Assembly (NCBI GenBank): GCA_048884965.1
Contig: JBHLQH010000001.1
Location: 224,001 to 288,000, forward strand
Length of the DNA: 64,000 bases
Reading direction: 5' to 3'
Source of the DNA: Candidatus Thorarchaeota archaeon
Lineage (GTDB): Archaea > Asgardarchaeota > Thorarchaeia > Thorarchaeales > Thorarchaeaceae
Each line of letters starts with the position of its first letter. The first letter of the stretch is position 1. The notes under the pieces are model-generated. The model worked only from the letters and a program-made list of their open reading frames with translations. It was not told the DNA's origin and searched no databases. Shown piece by piece: positions 18,212 through 28,333 of the stretch. Both the position numbers and the translations under genes were made by a program.

Positions 18212-19201
18212 TCAAAAGATCAAAGGCATTTGCTCAAGGAACTCTCTGGCAATCGCTTGATTCTCCGCGGTGATGGGCACCCACACAATCCCTACATTTG
18301 GCTGTCCATACAACATGACAGATCCCAACTCAGCGAGAAGTACAGCTGGGAATCCCATCAAGTCTTCTTCCCCTTCGACATAAATCAGTGATTTTCCTTC
18401 GTCCTCTAGAGCAGTAGCCATTGCTGACCACGCTTCTGGATAGATCGCTGCAGGAGGATTATAGATGGTATATTCCTTGTCTGCTGAGATATCTATTGGG
18501 TAAACGCCTCTTTTTGTTATACCATCAACAACACAGATGTCAGGGATGAATCCTTCTGAGATGACTGTTTCACTAGTCACATCTCCGACAGCAATCACAC
18601 ATTTTGGCTTCTCAACCAATAGTTTCTCTACCACCGCAATCTCAGGCTTTCCCTCATTTACCGAGAATACCTCTCCTTTTGGTGTCTGAAGACCAGCTCT
18701 GCTTACATCTGGAAGTCTTCTCGGATGTTCAGTGGTTCCTTTAAGGCGAGACCCATTGCGATCAATCTCTCCAAGTCTGATTCTAGCAGATGACAACTTA
18801 TCTCCATCAAGAGCTCGAACGGGCTTGAGAGTTGTTACTTCATCTTCTATCCCTAGTCTGTCTTTCCGGATATTCAAAGCATTCTCCTCAATCTCTGCAC
18901 AACAAGGTCCCTCAAAGAGAAGAAATTTACATGTTCCCTCTATTTGTAGCAAGTCAGTGTAGGATGAGATTATTTTGGTATCGATAAGATCAGATAGTTC
19001 CTCTTTCCTAAGGTAAATCTCAAGATTCTGCACGCGCACATCCACTGGCTGGATAATCTGAGATAATTCAAGAGAGCTAGATACCAATTCTCCATCTGTA
19101 ATCCCTGCGACAGGATTTGGCATATCTCTCAATCTTTCAATGAGAATTTGATGTCCTCTATGTAGTCTATCAAAAAGATTGAGTGCCAATGTCATTTTCA
19201 T
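18212..19201 (-). CDS. Fusion of phosphopantetheine adenylyltransferase and GTP-dependent dephospho-CoA kinase (DUF359)
   Basis: N-terminal FDRLHRGH...LSSARIRLGEID; C-terminal VGDVT, VDG, GEEDL, YGQP. Confidence 0.8.
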   Translation of the reverse strand: MKMTLALNLFDRLHRGHQILIERLRDMPNPVAGITDGELVSSSLELSQIIQPVDVRVQNLEIYLRKEELSDLIDTKIISSYTDLLQIEGTCKFLLFEGPCCAEIEENALNIRKDRLGIEDEVTTLKPVRALDGDKLSSARIRLGEIDRNGSRLKGTTEHPRRLPDVSRAGLQTPKGEVFSVNEGKPEIAVVEKLLVEKPKCVIAVGDVTSETVISEGFIPDICVVDGITKRGVYPIDISADKEYTIYNPPAAIYPEAWSAMATALEDEGKSLIYVEGEEDLMGFPAVLLAELGSVMLYGQPNVGIVWVPITAENQAIAREFLEQMPLIF

Positions 19202-19364
19202 TATGTTCAGCTCAATGAGGATACACCCTTGATTAAAAGATATTCTTCTCCAAAACTACTACATCCATTCAGCTTGGTGAGTACAGCCTATTGTGACATG
19301 TGCGAGGCAAAAGGTTCAATATCTATCCCTCTATCGAGTATCTCAGACGAGTTGTGTAGATATC

Positions 19365-20078
19365 ATGAGACTCTATGGGGTTGCAGATGTTCACTATCCG
19401 AGATATGCGCGCGACTTCAATAAAGCGCTTGAGGGTCTACCCGCACCGGATATGTTCCTGTTCGCCGGTGACATGGTGAATCGAGGAAGTGCAGAAGAGT
19501 TCCCCAACGTCTTAGATATCATTAGAGAGAGCTTCGGAGATGGGTTTCCCATAATCTCTTGTTTTGGAAATGAGGAGTACTCAGAAGTCCGTGAAGACAT
19601 CAAGAAATTGGTGAAAGGTAGGATGATGCTACTTGATGAAAAGTCAGCTCTTGTTACAGTAAAGGACATTCGTGTTGGTATCGTTGGAACGCAGGGCTCG
19701 CTCGACAAACCTACCAGTTGGCAAAAGAAGAATATACCCGGGATTCGAGATGAGTTTGGAAGACGTGCTAGTAGGGCTGAGTCGCTCCTGAAACGAATTG
19801 GTGCACGATCTGACTATCAGATTCTCTTAATGCATTATAGTCCATGCATTGAAACTTGTCAAGGTGAGGATCAACGTGCATTTGCATGGCTAGGGAGTAG
19901 AAAATTCTACACAGTGATAAGCAATATTCAGCCGGACTTAGTGATCCATGGGCATGTTCACAATTCTGTAATTCATGAAGCAAAAGTAGGAGCGACGCTC
20001 ATAAGAAACGTCGCTCTTCCAGCTGTTGGAAAGCTCACTATTCTTGAGATTGAGCCAAAGCTCAACCGTGGCCAGTGA
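19365..20078 (+). CDS. Calcineurin-like metallophosphoesterase
   Basis: ADVH, GD, GNEE, HYSP, HGHVH. Confidence 0.85.
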   Translation: MRLYGVADVHYPRYARDFNKALEGLPAPDMFLFAGDMVNRGSAEEFPNVLDIIRESFGDGFPIISCFGNEEYSEVREDIKKLVKGRMMLLDEKSALVTVKDIRVGIVGTQGSLDKPTSWQKKNIPGIRDEFGRRASRAESLLKRIGARSDYQILLMHYSPCIETCQGEDQRAFAWLGSRKFYTVISNIQPDLVIHGHVHNSVIHEAKVGATLIRNVALPAVGKLTILEIEPKLNRGQ

Positions 20079-20484
20079 CTTCCATCGTTGGCTCGAATTT
20101 GTATCCATAGACAATGATACCTTCGTGACCCTGCTCAGTGATTTTTCTGAAGCAGGAGCGAACGCGCATGCCTATCTTGACATTCTCAGGTTCCACATTG
20201 ACTATTTGTGCGGTAAGTCTAGGTCCTTCATCAAGTTCAACCTGTGCGATGACATAAGGCATCTGCCTCTTGAATTCTTCAGGAGCTTGTCTGACAATTG
20301 CGAAGGAATAAATCCTCCCAAGACCTTTCATCTTGTGTGTTTCAAGCAGCCCTTTTCTTCTACATGTAGGACAAACCAACCTCGGAGGGAAATAGTTCGT
20401 TCCACAGGTCTTGCATTGATTTCCCTGAATATTATAGATAGCTCGTATTTTTCTCCAAACACCTGCTACGCCTTTCTCTGCCAA
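20062..20484 (-). CDS. DUF35 Zn-ribbon/OB-fold scaffold protein
   Basis: CKTC...CPTC plus OB-fold; downstream of thiolase. Confidence 0.9.
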   Translation of the reverse strand: MAEKGVAGVWRKIRAIYNIQGNQCKTCGTNYFPPRLVCPTCRRKGLLETHKMKGLGRIYSFAIVRQAPEEFKRQMPYVIAQVELDEGPRLTAQIVNVEPENVKIGMRVRSCFRKITEQGHEGIIVYGYKFEPTMEVTGHG

Positions 20485-20485
20485 T

Positions 20486-21649
20486 CTAATCCCTCCCTAG
20501 GATGTGCACAATAGAGGTCGCTCCTGTACCTCCGGTGTTGACAGCCATTCCTCGTGTTGCGCCATCGACTTGTCTACCATTACATTCTCCTCTGAGCTGC
20601 AACGCGATTTCCACTATCTGAGCAACTCCCGTAGCTCCAATCGGATGACCTCTAGCTTTGAGACCCCCGCTTGTATTCACGGGATACTTTGCACCGATTT
20701 GCGTTATGCCTTCCTCTACAGCTTTACCTCCTTCTCCTTTCTTCGCAATCCCAACGTCTTCAGTTAGAATTATCTCACTGATAGTGAACGAATCATGGAG
20801 CTCAAAGACATTGATGTCATCGATTGTGAGTTTCGCTCGTTCTAAGGCTTGCTTTGCTGATTTCTGTACCGCTTGCATCTCCGTAATGCTTTCTCTATCA
20901 TGCAATGCCAGGGTATCGCTTGCTTGAGTTGACGCTTCAATGAAGATTGGAGTGTCTGTATATTTTCTGGCAATCTCCTCCTTACACATGACAACTGCTG
21001 CAGCACCATCTGTCACAGGTGATGAATGGAGTACTCGGATAGGATCTGCTAACATACCTGAACCCATGACAACTTTCAAGGGTACCGGACTCTGAAACTG
21101 CGCAAAGGGATTATGAGCTGCATTAGCATGGTTCTTCACGGTGACTAGGCTAAGTTGCTCCTCAGTGGTCCCGTATTCTAACATGTGTCTTCGCGCCATC
21201 ATCGCGAATAATGCAGGGAATGTTGCACCGAAGAGACCTTCCCACTCCCAGTCCCCTGCTACACTAATTGTATTCATTGCTTCAGTTTGGTTCACATCAC
21301 TCATCTTCTCGCATCCAAAGACAAGCATTGTATCGTGCTCACCCGATTTAATCGACATGTAGGCCTGCCTGACAGCGGCACCTCCACTAGCACATGCAGC
21401 TTCAACGCTGTATGCTGGAAGCTTACCTAACCCACCGACATCGGCTGCGAGGGCACCAAGATGCTCTTGACCAGTGAATCGACCTGCACTCTGGTTTCCA
21501 ACACAGATGGCGTCGATGTCACTACCAGATACCTGTGAATCAAATATGGCCATCATTCCTGCTTCCAGAGTTATCTCACGCAGGTTCTTTTCCCATAGTT
21601 CTCCGAACTTGCTCATTCCTACTCCGACTATCGCTACTCTATTACTCAT
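20486..21649 (-). CDS. Acetoacetyl-CoA thiolase (archaeal type)
   Basis: EAACASG, ELHDSF, GHPIGATG. Confidence 0.92.
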   Translation of the reverse strand: MSNRVAIVGVGMSKFGELWEKNLREITLEAGMMAIFDSQVSGSDIDAICVGNQSAGRFTGQEHLGALAADVGGLGKLPAYSVEAACASGGAAVRQAYMSIKSGEHDTMLVFGCEKMSDVNQTEAMNTISVAGDWEWEGLFGATFPALFAMMARRHMLEYGTTEEQLSLVTVKNHANAAHNPFAQFQSPVPLKVVMGSGMLADPIRVLHSSPVTDGAAAVVMCKEEIARKYTDTPIFIEASTQASDTLALHDRESITEMQAVQKSAKQALERAKLTIDDINVFELHDSFTISEIILTEDVGIAKKGEGGKAVEEGITQIGAKYPVNTSGGLKARGHPIGATGVAQIVEIALQLRGECNGRQVDGATRGMAVNTGGTGATSIVHILGRD

Positions 21650-21661
21650 CTTGATACCTCC

Positions 21662-22705
21662 TTAGCCAAGTGCCTTAATCTTTCGGCGGTATTTAGCATA
21701 GGTCGCATATTCGACGTATGTCTTTCGCGCTACATAATCATCTACTGTTGGCACCTTTCCTCTGTGATCTTCGATATGGTCTTCGACCTTGATGGCGAAT
21801 GCATCACTACCCGCTCCTGAACCATAGGAAACCATGAAGATTTTATCACCCGGCTTCGCGATATCCAAAATCCTCGCGAGACCCATCATCGCTGAACCCG
21901 AATAGGTGTTGCCTATCTTCTCTACTACAAGGCTGTCTTGGAGCTTTTCTGGTGGAACTCCAAGTTGTTTACCCATCGCTATTGGGAATTTTCCATTTGG
22001 CATATGAAACACGAAATAATCCCAGTCTTCCACTGTTGTTTTCGTTTGCTTGAAGAGTAACTTTGCTCCTTCTCCAACATGTCTGAAGTATGCAGGTTCT
22101 CCAGTGAAACGAGCTCCATGGCTTGGGAAGTCCTCTCCTTCTCGACGCCAAAAGTCTGGAGTATCTGTTGTGAAGGAACAGGTTCTTTCAATTGTGGCAA
22201 CTGGATCCTTCTTGCCAATCAGTATGGCAACGCCTCCTGCTGCTGCAGAGTACTCAAGGGCGTCTCCTGGTCTTCCTTGTGCTGTATCAGAGCCTATAGC
22301 AAGACCTACCTTAATCATATCTGATTTTACAAGTCCCATACAAGTCTGGATAGCAGCGGTACCTGCTTTACATGCAAACTCGAAATCTGCACATGTCATC
22401 TCATATGTACATTCAATCGCTTCTGCTACAATTGTTCCTGTTGGTTTTACTGCGTAGGGGTGTGATTCAGAACCTACATAGACTGCACCAATATCCTTTG
22501 GGTCAATGCCTGCATACTTTACAGCATTACGAGCGGCCTCAACTGATATCGTCGCAACATCCTCATCTGGTCCTGGAACAGACTTCTCATAGACACCAAG
22601 ACCTCGAGCGAGTTTCTCGCCTTCCTCGCCCCAAACACGAGCGATCTCTTCTGTCTTGATTCTATAGCGAGGAATGTAGACTCCATATCCAATAATTCCG
22701 ACCAT
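21662..22705 (-). CDS. hmgcs: Hydroxymethylglutaryl-CoA synthase
   Basis: [36 protein letters not shown]. Confidence 0.95.
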   Translation of the reverse strand: MVGIIGYGVYIPRYRIKTEEIARVWGEEGEKLARGLGVYEKSVPGPDEDVATISVEAARNAVKYAGIDPKDIGAVYVGSESHPYAVKPTGTIVAEAIECTYEMTCADFEFACKAGTAAIQTCMGLVKSDMIKVGLAIGSDTAQGRPGDALEYSAAAGGVAILIGKKDPVATIERTCSFTTDTPDFWRREGEDFPSHGARFTGEPAYFRHVGEGAKLLFKQTKTTVEDWDYFVFHMPNGKFPIAMGKQLGVPPEKLQDSLVVEKIGNTYSGSAMMGLARILDIAKPGDKIFMVSYGSGAGSDAFAIKVEDHIEDHRGKVPTVDDYVARKTYVEYATYAKYRRKIKALG

Positions 22706-22984
22706 GGTATTCTCTCCTCATATAATACGTGAAATGTCGAATCGGTTTACGTCGTTTTTTCTAGTTCGTTGCCTTGCCCTTTATAGAGCTTGTTATTTGT
22801 TTCTCCTCCGTTCAACGACTTTCACCGAATCTTCATCATGAGATTGATTTTATGCCGACGAAAATAAGGATAGGATTGGTCATATTTATGATTGGCGTCG
22901 TGACGAACTTTTGAAATTGCCGAAATTGATTTACCTGCTATTTGAAGTAAGGCTATAAGGAAATACCTTGTAATAGAAAGTGAT

Positions 22985-23188
22985 GTGGAATCAATGACAA
23001 GTACCTTTGAGAAATCCAAGATTCGTGAATTGGTTATCAGTGAGACAAAGACTGTTGCGCAGTTATTGGATGAACTAAGGCTTTCGCATGATCATGTAGT
23101 TCTTGTGGATGGTGAGCGACAGGCGTTGGATTCCATTCTAAATGAGAACGATACCGTAGTTGTCCTTCCCGTTATTGCAGGCGGCTAA
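22985..23188 (+). CDS. MoaD/ThiS/SAMP ubiquitin-like protein
   Basis: ~65 aa beta-grasp pattern ending PVIAGG. Confidence 0.85.
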   Translation: MESMTSTFEKSKIRELVISETKTVAQLLDELRLSHDHVVLVDGERQALDSILNENDTVVVLPVIAGG

Positions 23189-24678
23189 GTATCAAACCTA
23201 TTCAGCAAATGCATTGTTGGCTCCATATCAATCCCCAATTCATCAATACTAACTAGTTCTATTGGTTGTCCCAGAGAGTGACCTATCCAATCTAGTATAT
23301 GTTGAATGGCTCCTTCAATCTCTGCTTTTGTCATGTTCATACATGTCTTGACATTCTCTCCTACGGCCTTTAGCAGACCCTTCGAAGATCCTGAACTGTA
23401 TTGCGTGGCTTTCTTCGGAGTTAAACAGAGGTCTGACTCAAGACCAAGATTGGCTGCAAGTAATCTGAATATCTCCTTCCTCTTCGCATCTGATGCTGGA
23501 TTTATTTTCCATTCTGCAGGTAGGGATAAAGCGAGATCAGTGAATCTTGTATCAAGATATGGGAAAGAAACTGGTAATCCTGCAAAGGCAATAGCTCTCT
23601 CGTCTCTAGAGATATTTGCTTCATGAGTGATTGACACATCAGCTCGCAACTGCTTCTCCAGAGCACTTGCTCCCTCTGTTTCTATTAGGGTGATATATCT
23701 AGCGTACCCCGCGAATTGCTCATCGGGACCCTGTCCAGAAACCATGAAGTCGAGATGCATTGTTGTGGCTTTCTTTGCGGCAAGATAGAAAGGAAGAGCT
23801 ATCTCCACATCCATGCGATTCGTCGTTTCGATGGCATGGATGACATCTGGTAAGGCTTTCCAAATCATCTCTGAGGTCATGTGAATCTCAGTTGCTTCTA
23901 GACCCAGAGACTCTGAAGCATGAATTGTATGTTGCCGGTCTCGAGATTTCTGATAGCTTGCACTAAAGAGTTGCACATCCACATTCTGCTTCTTCATAAG
24001 GTATGCCAACAGGGAGCTGTCCACACCTCCTGAGAATAGCACTCCACATCTTTTGCCACGAAGTCCTTTGATAGATTCAAGCAGATATTGTGATAGTCCC
24101 TTCAATGCTTGCTCCTTGCTACCTACCCATCTTTCGTTTGAATAAGTCACGAGAGATTTCAGATTAATCTCGCCATTCCACTTGATATGTAAGAGATTGC
24201 CTGGTTGAAGGACTTTAGATTCCTTGGAACCAGCTGCCCATAGAACTTTTCTCTCCGTACTTATCAGAAACCCGGACGGTACTTTGGAGTAGTAAATTGC
24301 CTTCTGTCCGTCCAATGATCTCCAGAGTCGAAGCTCTTTCCTATCCACACACAGTAGCACCAGACCCTGCACCGACTTCAGCAAAGACTCGTCCAGTGGA
24401 TTGATGGCTTGCTTTCTAAGAACAGATAGGATTTGATTGATAGTATCTGACTGTATGTAGTGGAGAGAATCCTTCAGTATTAGCATATCTTCTTGCTGAA
24501 CAATTGCGGTTTCCCCATCGTTATGATATACACTATAAGTGAATTGCCCCAATCCTGATAGCATATCTTTTGGGGAGTACTTTCCTGTCGACCGCATTGT
24601 TCCACGATGGTTAAGATATCGACTGATTTCCTCTATCTGTTCTCCTCTTGGATTGAAGGTGCAGATGATACCGACCAT
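23185..24678 (-). CDS. Asparagine synthetase B-like protein lacking the N-terminal catalytic Cys
   Basis: FSGGVDSS, SGQGPDEQFAGY, PYLD, KKATQY. Starts MVGII rather than MCGI. Confidence 0.8.
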   Translation of the reverse strand: MVGIICTFNPRGEQIEEISRYLNHRGTMRSTGKYSPKDMLSGLGQFTYSVYHNDGETAIVQQEDMLILKDSLHYIQSDTINQILSVLRKQAINPLDESLLKSVQGLVLLCVDRKELRLWRSLDGQKAIYYSKVPSGFLISTERKVLWAAGSKESKVLQPGNLLHIKWNGEINLKSLVTYSNERWVGSKEQALKGLSQYLLESIKGLRGKRCGVLFSGGVDSSLLAYLMKKQNVDVQLFSASYQKSRDRQHTIHASESLGLEATEIHMTSEMIWKALPDVIHAIETTNRMDVEIALPFYLAAKKATTMHLDFMVSGQGPDEQFAGYARYITLIETEGASALEKQLRADVSITHEANISRDERAIAFAGLPVSFPYLDTRFTDLALSLPAEWKINPASDAKRKEIFRLLAANLGLESDLCLTPKKATQYSSGSSKGLLKAVGENVKTCMNMTKAEIEGAIQHILDWIGHSLGQPIELVSIDELGIDMEPTMHLLNRFDT

Positions 24679-24746
24679 GGTTCATCAATTTCTCTTGCTA
24701 TTCACGCAGTTCAGATGCCCGGAGGTCTGAGAATAGCTTTTGTTCC

Positions 24747-25160
24747 CTATGTTGGTACATTCACAAGTTTTACCGACTGTACTCCGGTCATTCCGTTTAG
24801 ACGTTTGTCCAGTTCGTCGATTGATAACTTCAGCTGCTCAGGAGTGAAGTAGCATTCGTAGAAACACTGGTTCGCAGCCTGACATATGCCGCTTGTGAAT
24901 AGGATATCTTCGAGTCCTGCCTGTTCGAAGATTGTTGTCAGCTCCTCTAAAAAGCTCTTACTAAGCTTCTCGATGCTTAGACGCAGATAGTACACCTTAT
25001 CAGAAGCAACAGGATAAATCTTCACGTTCTTGTCTTTTACAATCATGATTGCCAATCCAAATGATTCTGATATGCCATCTACAAAATCGCTAGGAAGAGT
25101 TATCGTGTTACCTTTCTCAATTTTCAGGACTCGTGCTTGAGTCATGTCACCTTTTGTCAA
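24747..25160 (-). CDS. Hypothetical: AbrB-like N-terminus plus ACT-like C-terminal domain
   Basis: KIEKGNTITLP pattern; C-terminus L..L...GV.SV; three Cys. Confidence 0.45.
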   Translation of the reverse strand: MTKGDMTQARVLKIEKGNTITLPSDFVDGISESFGLAIMIVKDKNVKIYPVASDKVYYLRLSIEKLSKSFLEELTTIFEQAGLEDILFTSGICQAANQCFYECYFTPEQLKLSIDELDKRLNGMTGVQSVKLVNVPT

Positions 25161-25247
25161 TAGTATTCCTCCGGACTGATGATTTGTACCCTCGTTATTG
25201 GGATATATCTGTTACGGGAAGACCAGAATTGAAACCCTTTCAGAAAT

Positions 25248-26831
25248 TCATTCCTTCTTCCCAAACCATTCTCGAATCTTTCTAACAGCGCTTAGATCTG
25301 GCTTTTCAACTATTCGAAGGTTCCACTGTTGTTTCTTCTCTGGAGCATAATACTCAAGGAAAGCAACGTTACCCTCAGTACGTACACGATCCATTTCCTG
25401 TAGTCGTACTTGTAACCATGCCTTTTTAGAGATGGGCATCTTGGAGGTGGCAATATCGAATAATGTTGGATGCAGATCGAAGACTAGAGCTCGTTCGCTC
25501 ATATATTCGATGACTCCGTTTTGCAACGTATCGGTTATCTTGTCCTTATTGGTAAAGAATGAAGCTGCCACTGAAACGTTAGGATACTTATCTGGTATAC
25601 CAAGAGCGAACTTGAATGATCGTTGAAACTTTGACAGATGTGTTGCGGCATCAAGAAACAATACTGTTTCCGGCTTCCCTTCAAACTCATCATCTGAGAT
25701 TTCAATATTCTTGACCATCTCTTCTTGCTGCTTCTCGATGAAGTCCTGAATCAAGCTATCTGTAACTGGGGGTAATCCTACATCATGAGGCTCTTCAAAA
25801 GTTAAGGTGTTGTCATCGGTCTCTTCGACAGCCTCATCATCATGTTCGATTTCCTCGGATTTCTTTCTTCTCCTGTATTGAGGTGCAATGTAGCCAATAT
25901 CAGCCACCAAGTGCTGTAAGACTAAGGGGAGGAATAAATCATATAGAGTACCCCGCGTTTCAGTTATGAGAAGGATGGGTTTGAATTCATCCACCGCATC
26001 ACTCAGTCCTGAGTCATACTCTGGATCTTCATCGAAGAACTTCATTAGGTTCTCTATCGAATAACCATCAGTTACTCTTTCTTCCCATTCTCTATATACT
26101 TCTTTGACCTCTTGCTTTCTTCTATCCTTGACAAGACTGGCAAATTTTCCCAGATACTTCACTCCTCGTGACACCGCTGTGGCTGGACTAATGAACACCG
26201 TCATTAGACCTACCGCCTCGCCTGCATACTCACTTGCTTCAGTATTCTTGATTTTTCCAAGAACCTCTTCAGTTAGGGATGGAGGTCCCAGTTTCTCGAC
26301 AAGAACTTCATGCATTCCTTCAAAATTCTCAAATGCTGCCTCTCCAGGTCCTATGTCCTCTCCAACTGGTGATGCATCTGATAAGACCTCTGCAAATATA
26401 TTTGGTCTACCTACCAGCCATGCTAAAGGTATCTTTAGTGGAGTGAAATCATGTAGGAATGTTCTCTCAGAATCCCTTGGTCCAAAATAGTACTTAACAG
26501 CATCAGGAAAAAGACCATTGAAGATATCCATGAACTGGTCAAATCCCTGTTTTGAGCTTAAGCCCATCTCAGCTCTCTCCAGTGCATCAGCCACAAAGAC
26601 AAGAGCTGACTCTTTCTTCTTTGCATGTTTGGCCATAATCGCCATAACTTGTTTTGGAGATAGATACTGGAGATCGCTCTCTGCAAAGGGTGCATCATAG
26701 AATGAGAAGATACCTAATCGTTTCCAAGGGCGATTCGTCATCTTTGATTTTACCAGATGTGAGAACCATTCGAAGCCTCGTTGGTATCTGGGAACGTTCT
26801 CTTCATCGGTATATTCATGGAATTCAGACAT
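25248..26831 (-). CDS. Hypothetical protein (527 aa)
   Basis: Long ORF. Start reassigned to MSEFH so that it does not overlap the upstream gene. Confidence 0.7.
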   Translation of the reverse strand: MSEFHEYTDEENVPRYQRGFEWFSHLVKSKMTNRPWKRLGIFSFYDAPFAESDLQYLSPKQVMAIMAKHAKKKESALVFVADALERAEMGLSSKQGFDQFMDIFNGLFPDAVKYYFGPRDSERTFLHDFTPLKIPLAWLVGRPNIFAEVLSDASPVGEDIGPGEAAFENFEGMHEVLVEKLGPPSLTEEVLGKIKNTEASEYAGEAVGLMTVFISPATAVSRGVKYLGKFASLVKDRRKQEVKEVYREWEERVTDGYSIENLMKFFDEDPEYDSGLSDAVDEFKPILLITETRGTLYDLFLPLVLQHLVADIGYIAPQYRRRKKSEEIEHDDEAVEETDDNTLTFEEPHDVGLPPVTDSLIQDFIEKQQEEMVKNIEISDDEFEGKPETVLFLDAATHLSKFQRSFKFALGIPDKYPNVSVAASFFTNKDKITDTLQNGVIEYMSERALVFDLHPTLFDIATSKMPISKKAWLQVRLQEMDRVRTEGNVAFLEYYAPEKKQQWNLRIVEKPDLSAVRKIREWFGKKE

Positions 26832-26908
26832 ACTTAAACACCCTATGACCGGAAGGGGACCGGATGAGGCTATCTCGCGGTCAAGCGAGATAAACCTATT
26901 CATCCATT

Positions 26909-28129
26909 TCAGTCCATTCTGAGTGCAACAACCGCTACTGCCATCGCTGCAATGATTAACACTGCGATGAATAGGATTCTCCAATCGATCAATGGAGGAG
27001 CTGGATTGTTAGGATCTGCCTCGTACATCAGATTTCGGTATGAATGATTGATTGGATCAAGGAGGTTCAGTGATTTCAATGCAAGTCCTGCATAGAATAA
27101 ACTTCCTTCCTCAATACCTGGTGTATTGCCCCAAGCACCATCGTGTGCTTGACAATCCACTATGAAGCGCGAAGCGAGATCGGCGTCAATTGAATCAATG
27201 CCACCAATCAAACTAAGTATTTCGAGAGCATGGAATGTTGATTCTAAGTTTGTATCATTCGTCAATATAGATTCAGTGAACCCACCGATGTCAAGTTGAT
27301 CGCCACTTGTAGTTACTTGTTTTTCGACAATCCAATTTCTCATCGCTTGCTGTTCAGTTGGGGAAAGAACATTTAGTTGGTTTAGCTCATTCAGTGCCAG
27401 AAGCCCTGCTGCTGTTGCTGACAAGCTTGGAATATGCGACTCAGGAGTAAGCTTGAATGCATCTCCATCTGTACAATTGAGAATATATTGCATGGTAGCT
27501 GTTGAGTTCCACAACCAATCATTAATGGAACCTTCAGTCATGTCCAGCATGGCATTCATTATATAGAGCGCATAGAAAGTTGAGATGAGATTCGCTGGAG
27601 CTCCATCGGCTGACCCGAATCCTCCGCTAGTTGTCTGTGTTTTGTTAACGTAGACTAGAGCTGCGGTGGCATTAATAGCCTCAACATCAGCCATGTCTGG
27701 AATATCACTCTGCTCCTCCATCAGCTGCCACATTTTGATTGCCCAGTATGAGTTCTCAATACTAACTGGTCCTGCAATGTATAACGAGAAGCCGCCCCAT
27801 CTTTCATAATCCTCTCCACCACTCTTCCACTGGAGTTTCCTGGTGAAGTTCTTGATTTTCACAAGATCCGTGACCGGAGGACGGAAACTAAGCATGTCCA
27901 TCTCTTCGTACACCATCATGGCTCCAACAGTGGGATACAATCTTGATGTTTCAGTGTCAGGGAAGGAATACCCACCCTCACCATTATCTATCGGATCATC
28001 GTAGTTCTCTTTCATGTAATTCTCTACAGACTGCCATCGAGTAGTCTCTGCTGAAATTGGCACTATCATAAATGACATTGCAACTAGTGTAAGTACGATT
28101 GCTATACTCGCAACTTGGACCTTATTCAT
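26909..28129 (-). CDS. Secreted, C-terminally anchored prenyltransferase/squalene-cyclase repeat protein
   Basis: Signal peptide; repeats Q..SGGF...STFYAL, GGF...STFHAL, CQAHDGAW; C-terminal TM helix. Confidence 0.75.
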   Translation of the reverse strand: MNKVQVASIAIVLTLVAMSFMIVPISAETTRWQSVENYMKENYDDPIDNGEGGYSFPDTETSRLYPTVGAMMVYEEMDMLSFRPPVTDLVKIKNFTRKLQWKSGGEDYERWGGFSLYIAGPVSIENSYWAIKMWQLMEEQSDIPDMADVEAINATAALVYVNKTQTTSGGFGSADGAPANLISTFYALYIMNAMLDMTEGSINDWLWNSTATMQYILNCTDGDAFKLTPESHIPSLSATAAGLLALNELNQLNVLSPTEQQAMRNWIVEKQVTTSGDQLDIGGFTESILTNDTNLESTFHALEILSLIGGIDSIDADLASRFIVDCQAHDGAWGNTPGIEEGSLFYAGLALKSLNLLDPINHSYRNLMYEADPNNPAPPLIDWRILFIAVLIIAAMAVAVVALRMD

Positions 28130-28333
28130 TTAATCATCCCGGTCAAATGTGATGTCGCCTAAAGCTATCGCTCAGCGCGAGAGCCCACCATTGCGGCTGT
28201 GTTATTAACGTTTCCCCAAGGAGGAGGATTGTACTGCTGAAAAATCCAATTCCCTAGAATATTGAATTTTGAATGAGATGGGGATATTTGAATGTATATC
28301 CAATCTCCCCTTAAATTAAACCAAAACACTCCT

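Noticed and set aside
22706-22984. ORF 22822..23019 or ncRNA in the divergent gap
   Set aside because: No motifs; the region looks like divergent promoters.
28130-28333. Possible ncRNA/tRNA in the 200-bp intergenic region
   Set aside because: Only an imperfect hairpin; no cloverleaf or recognisable RNA family motif.
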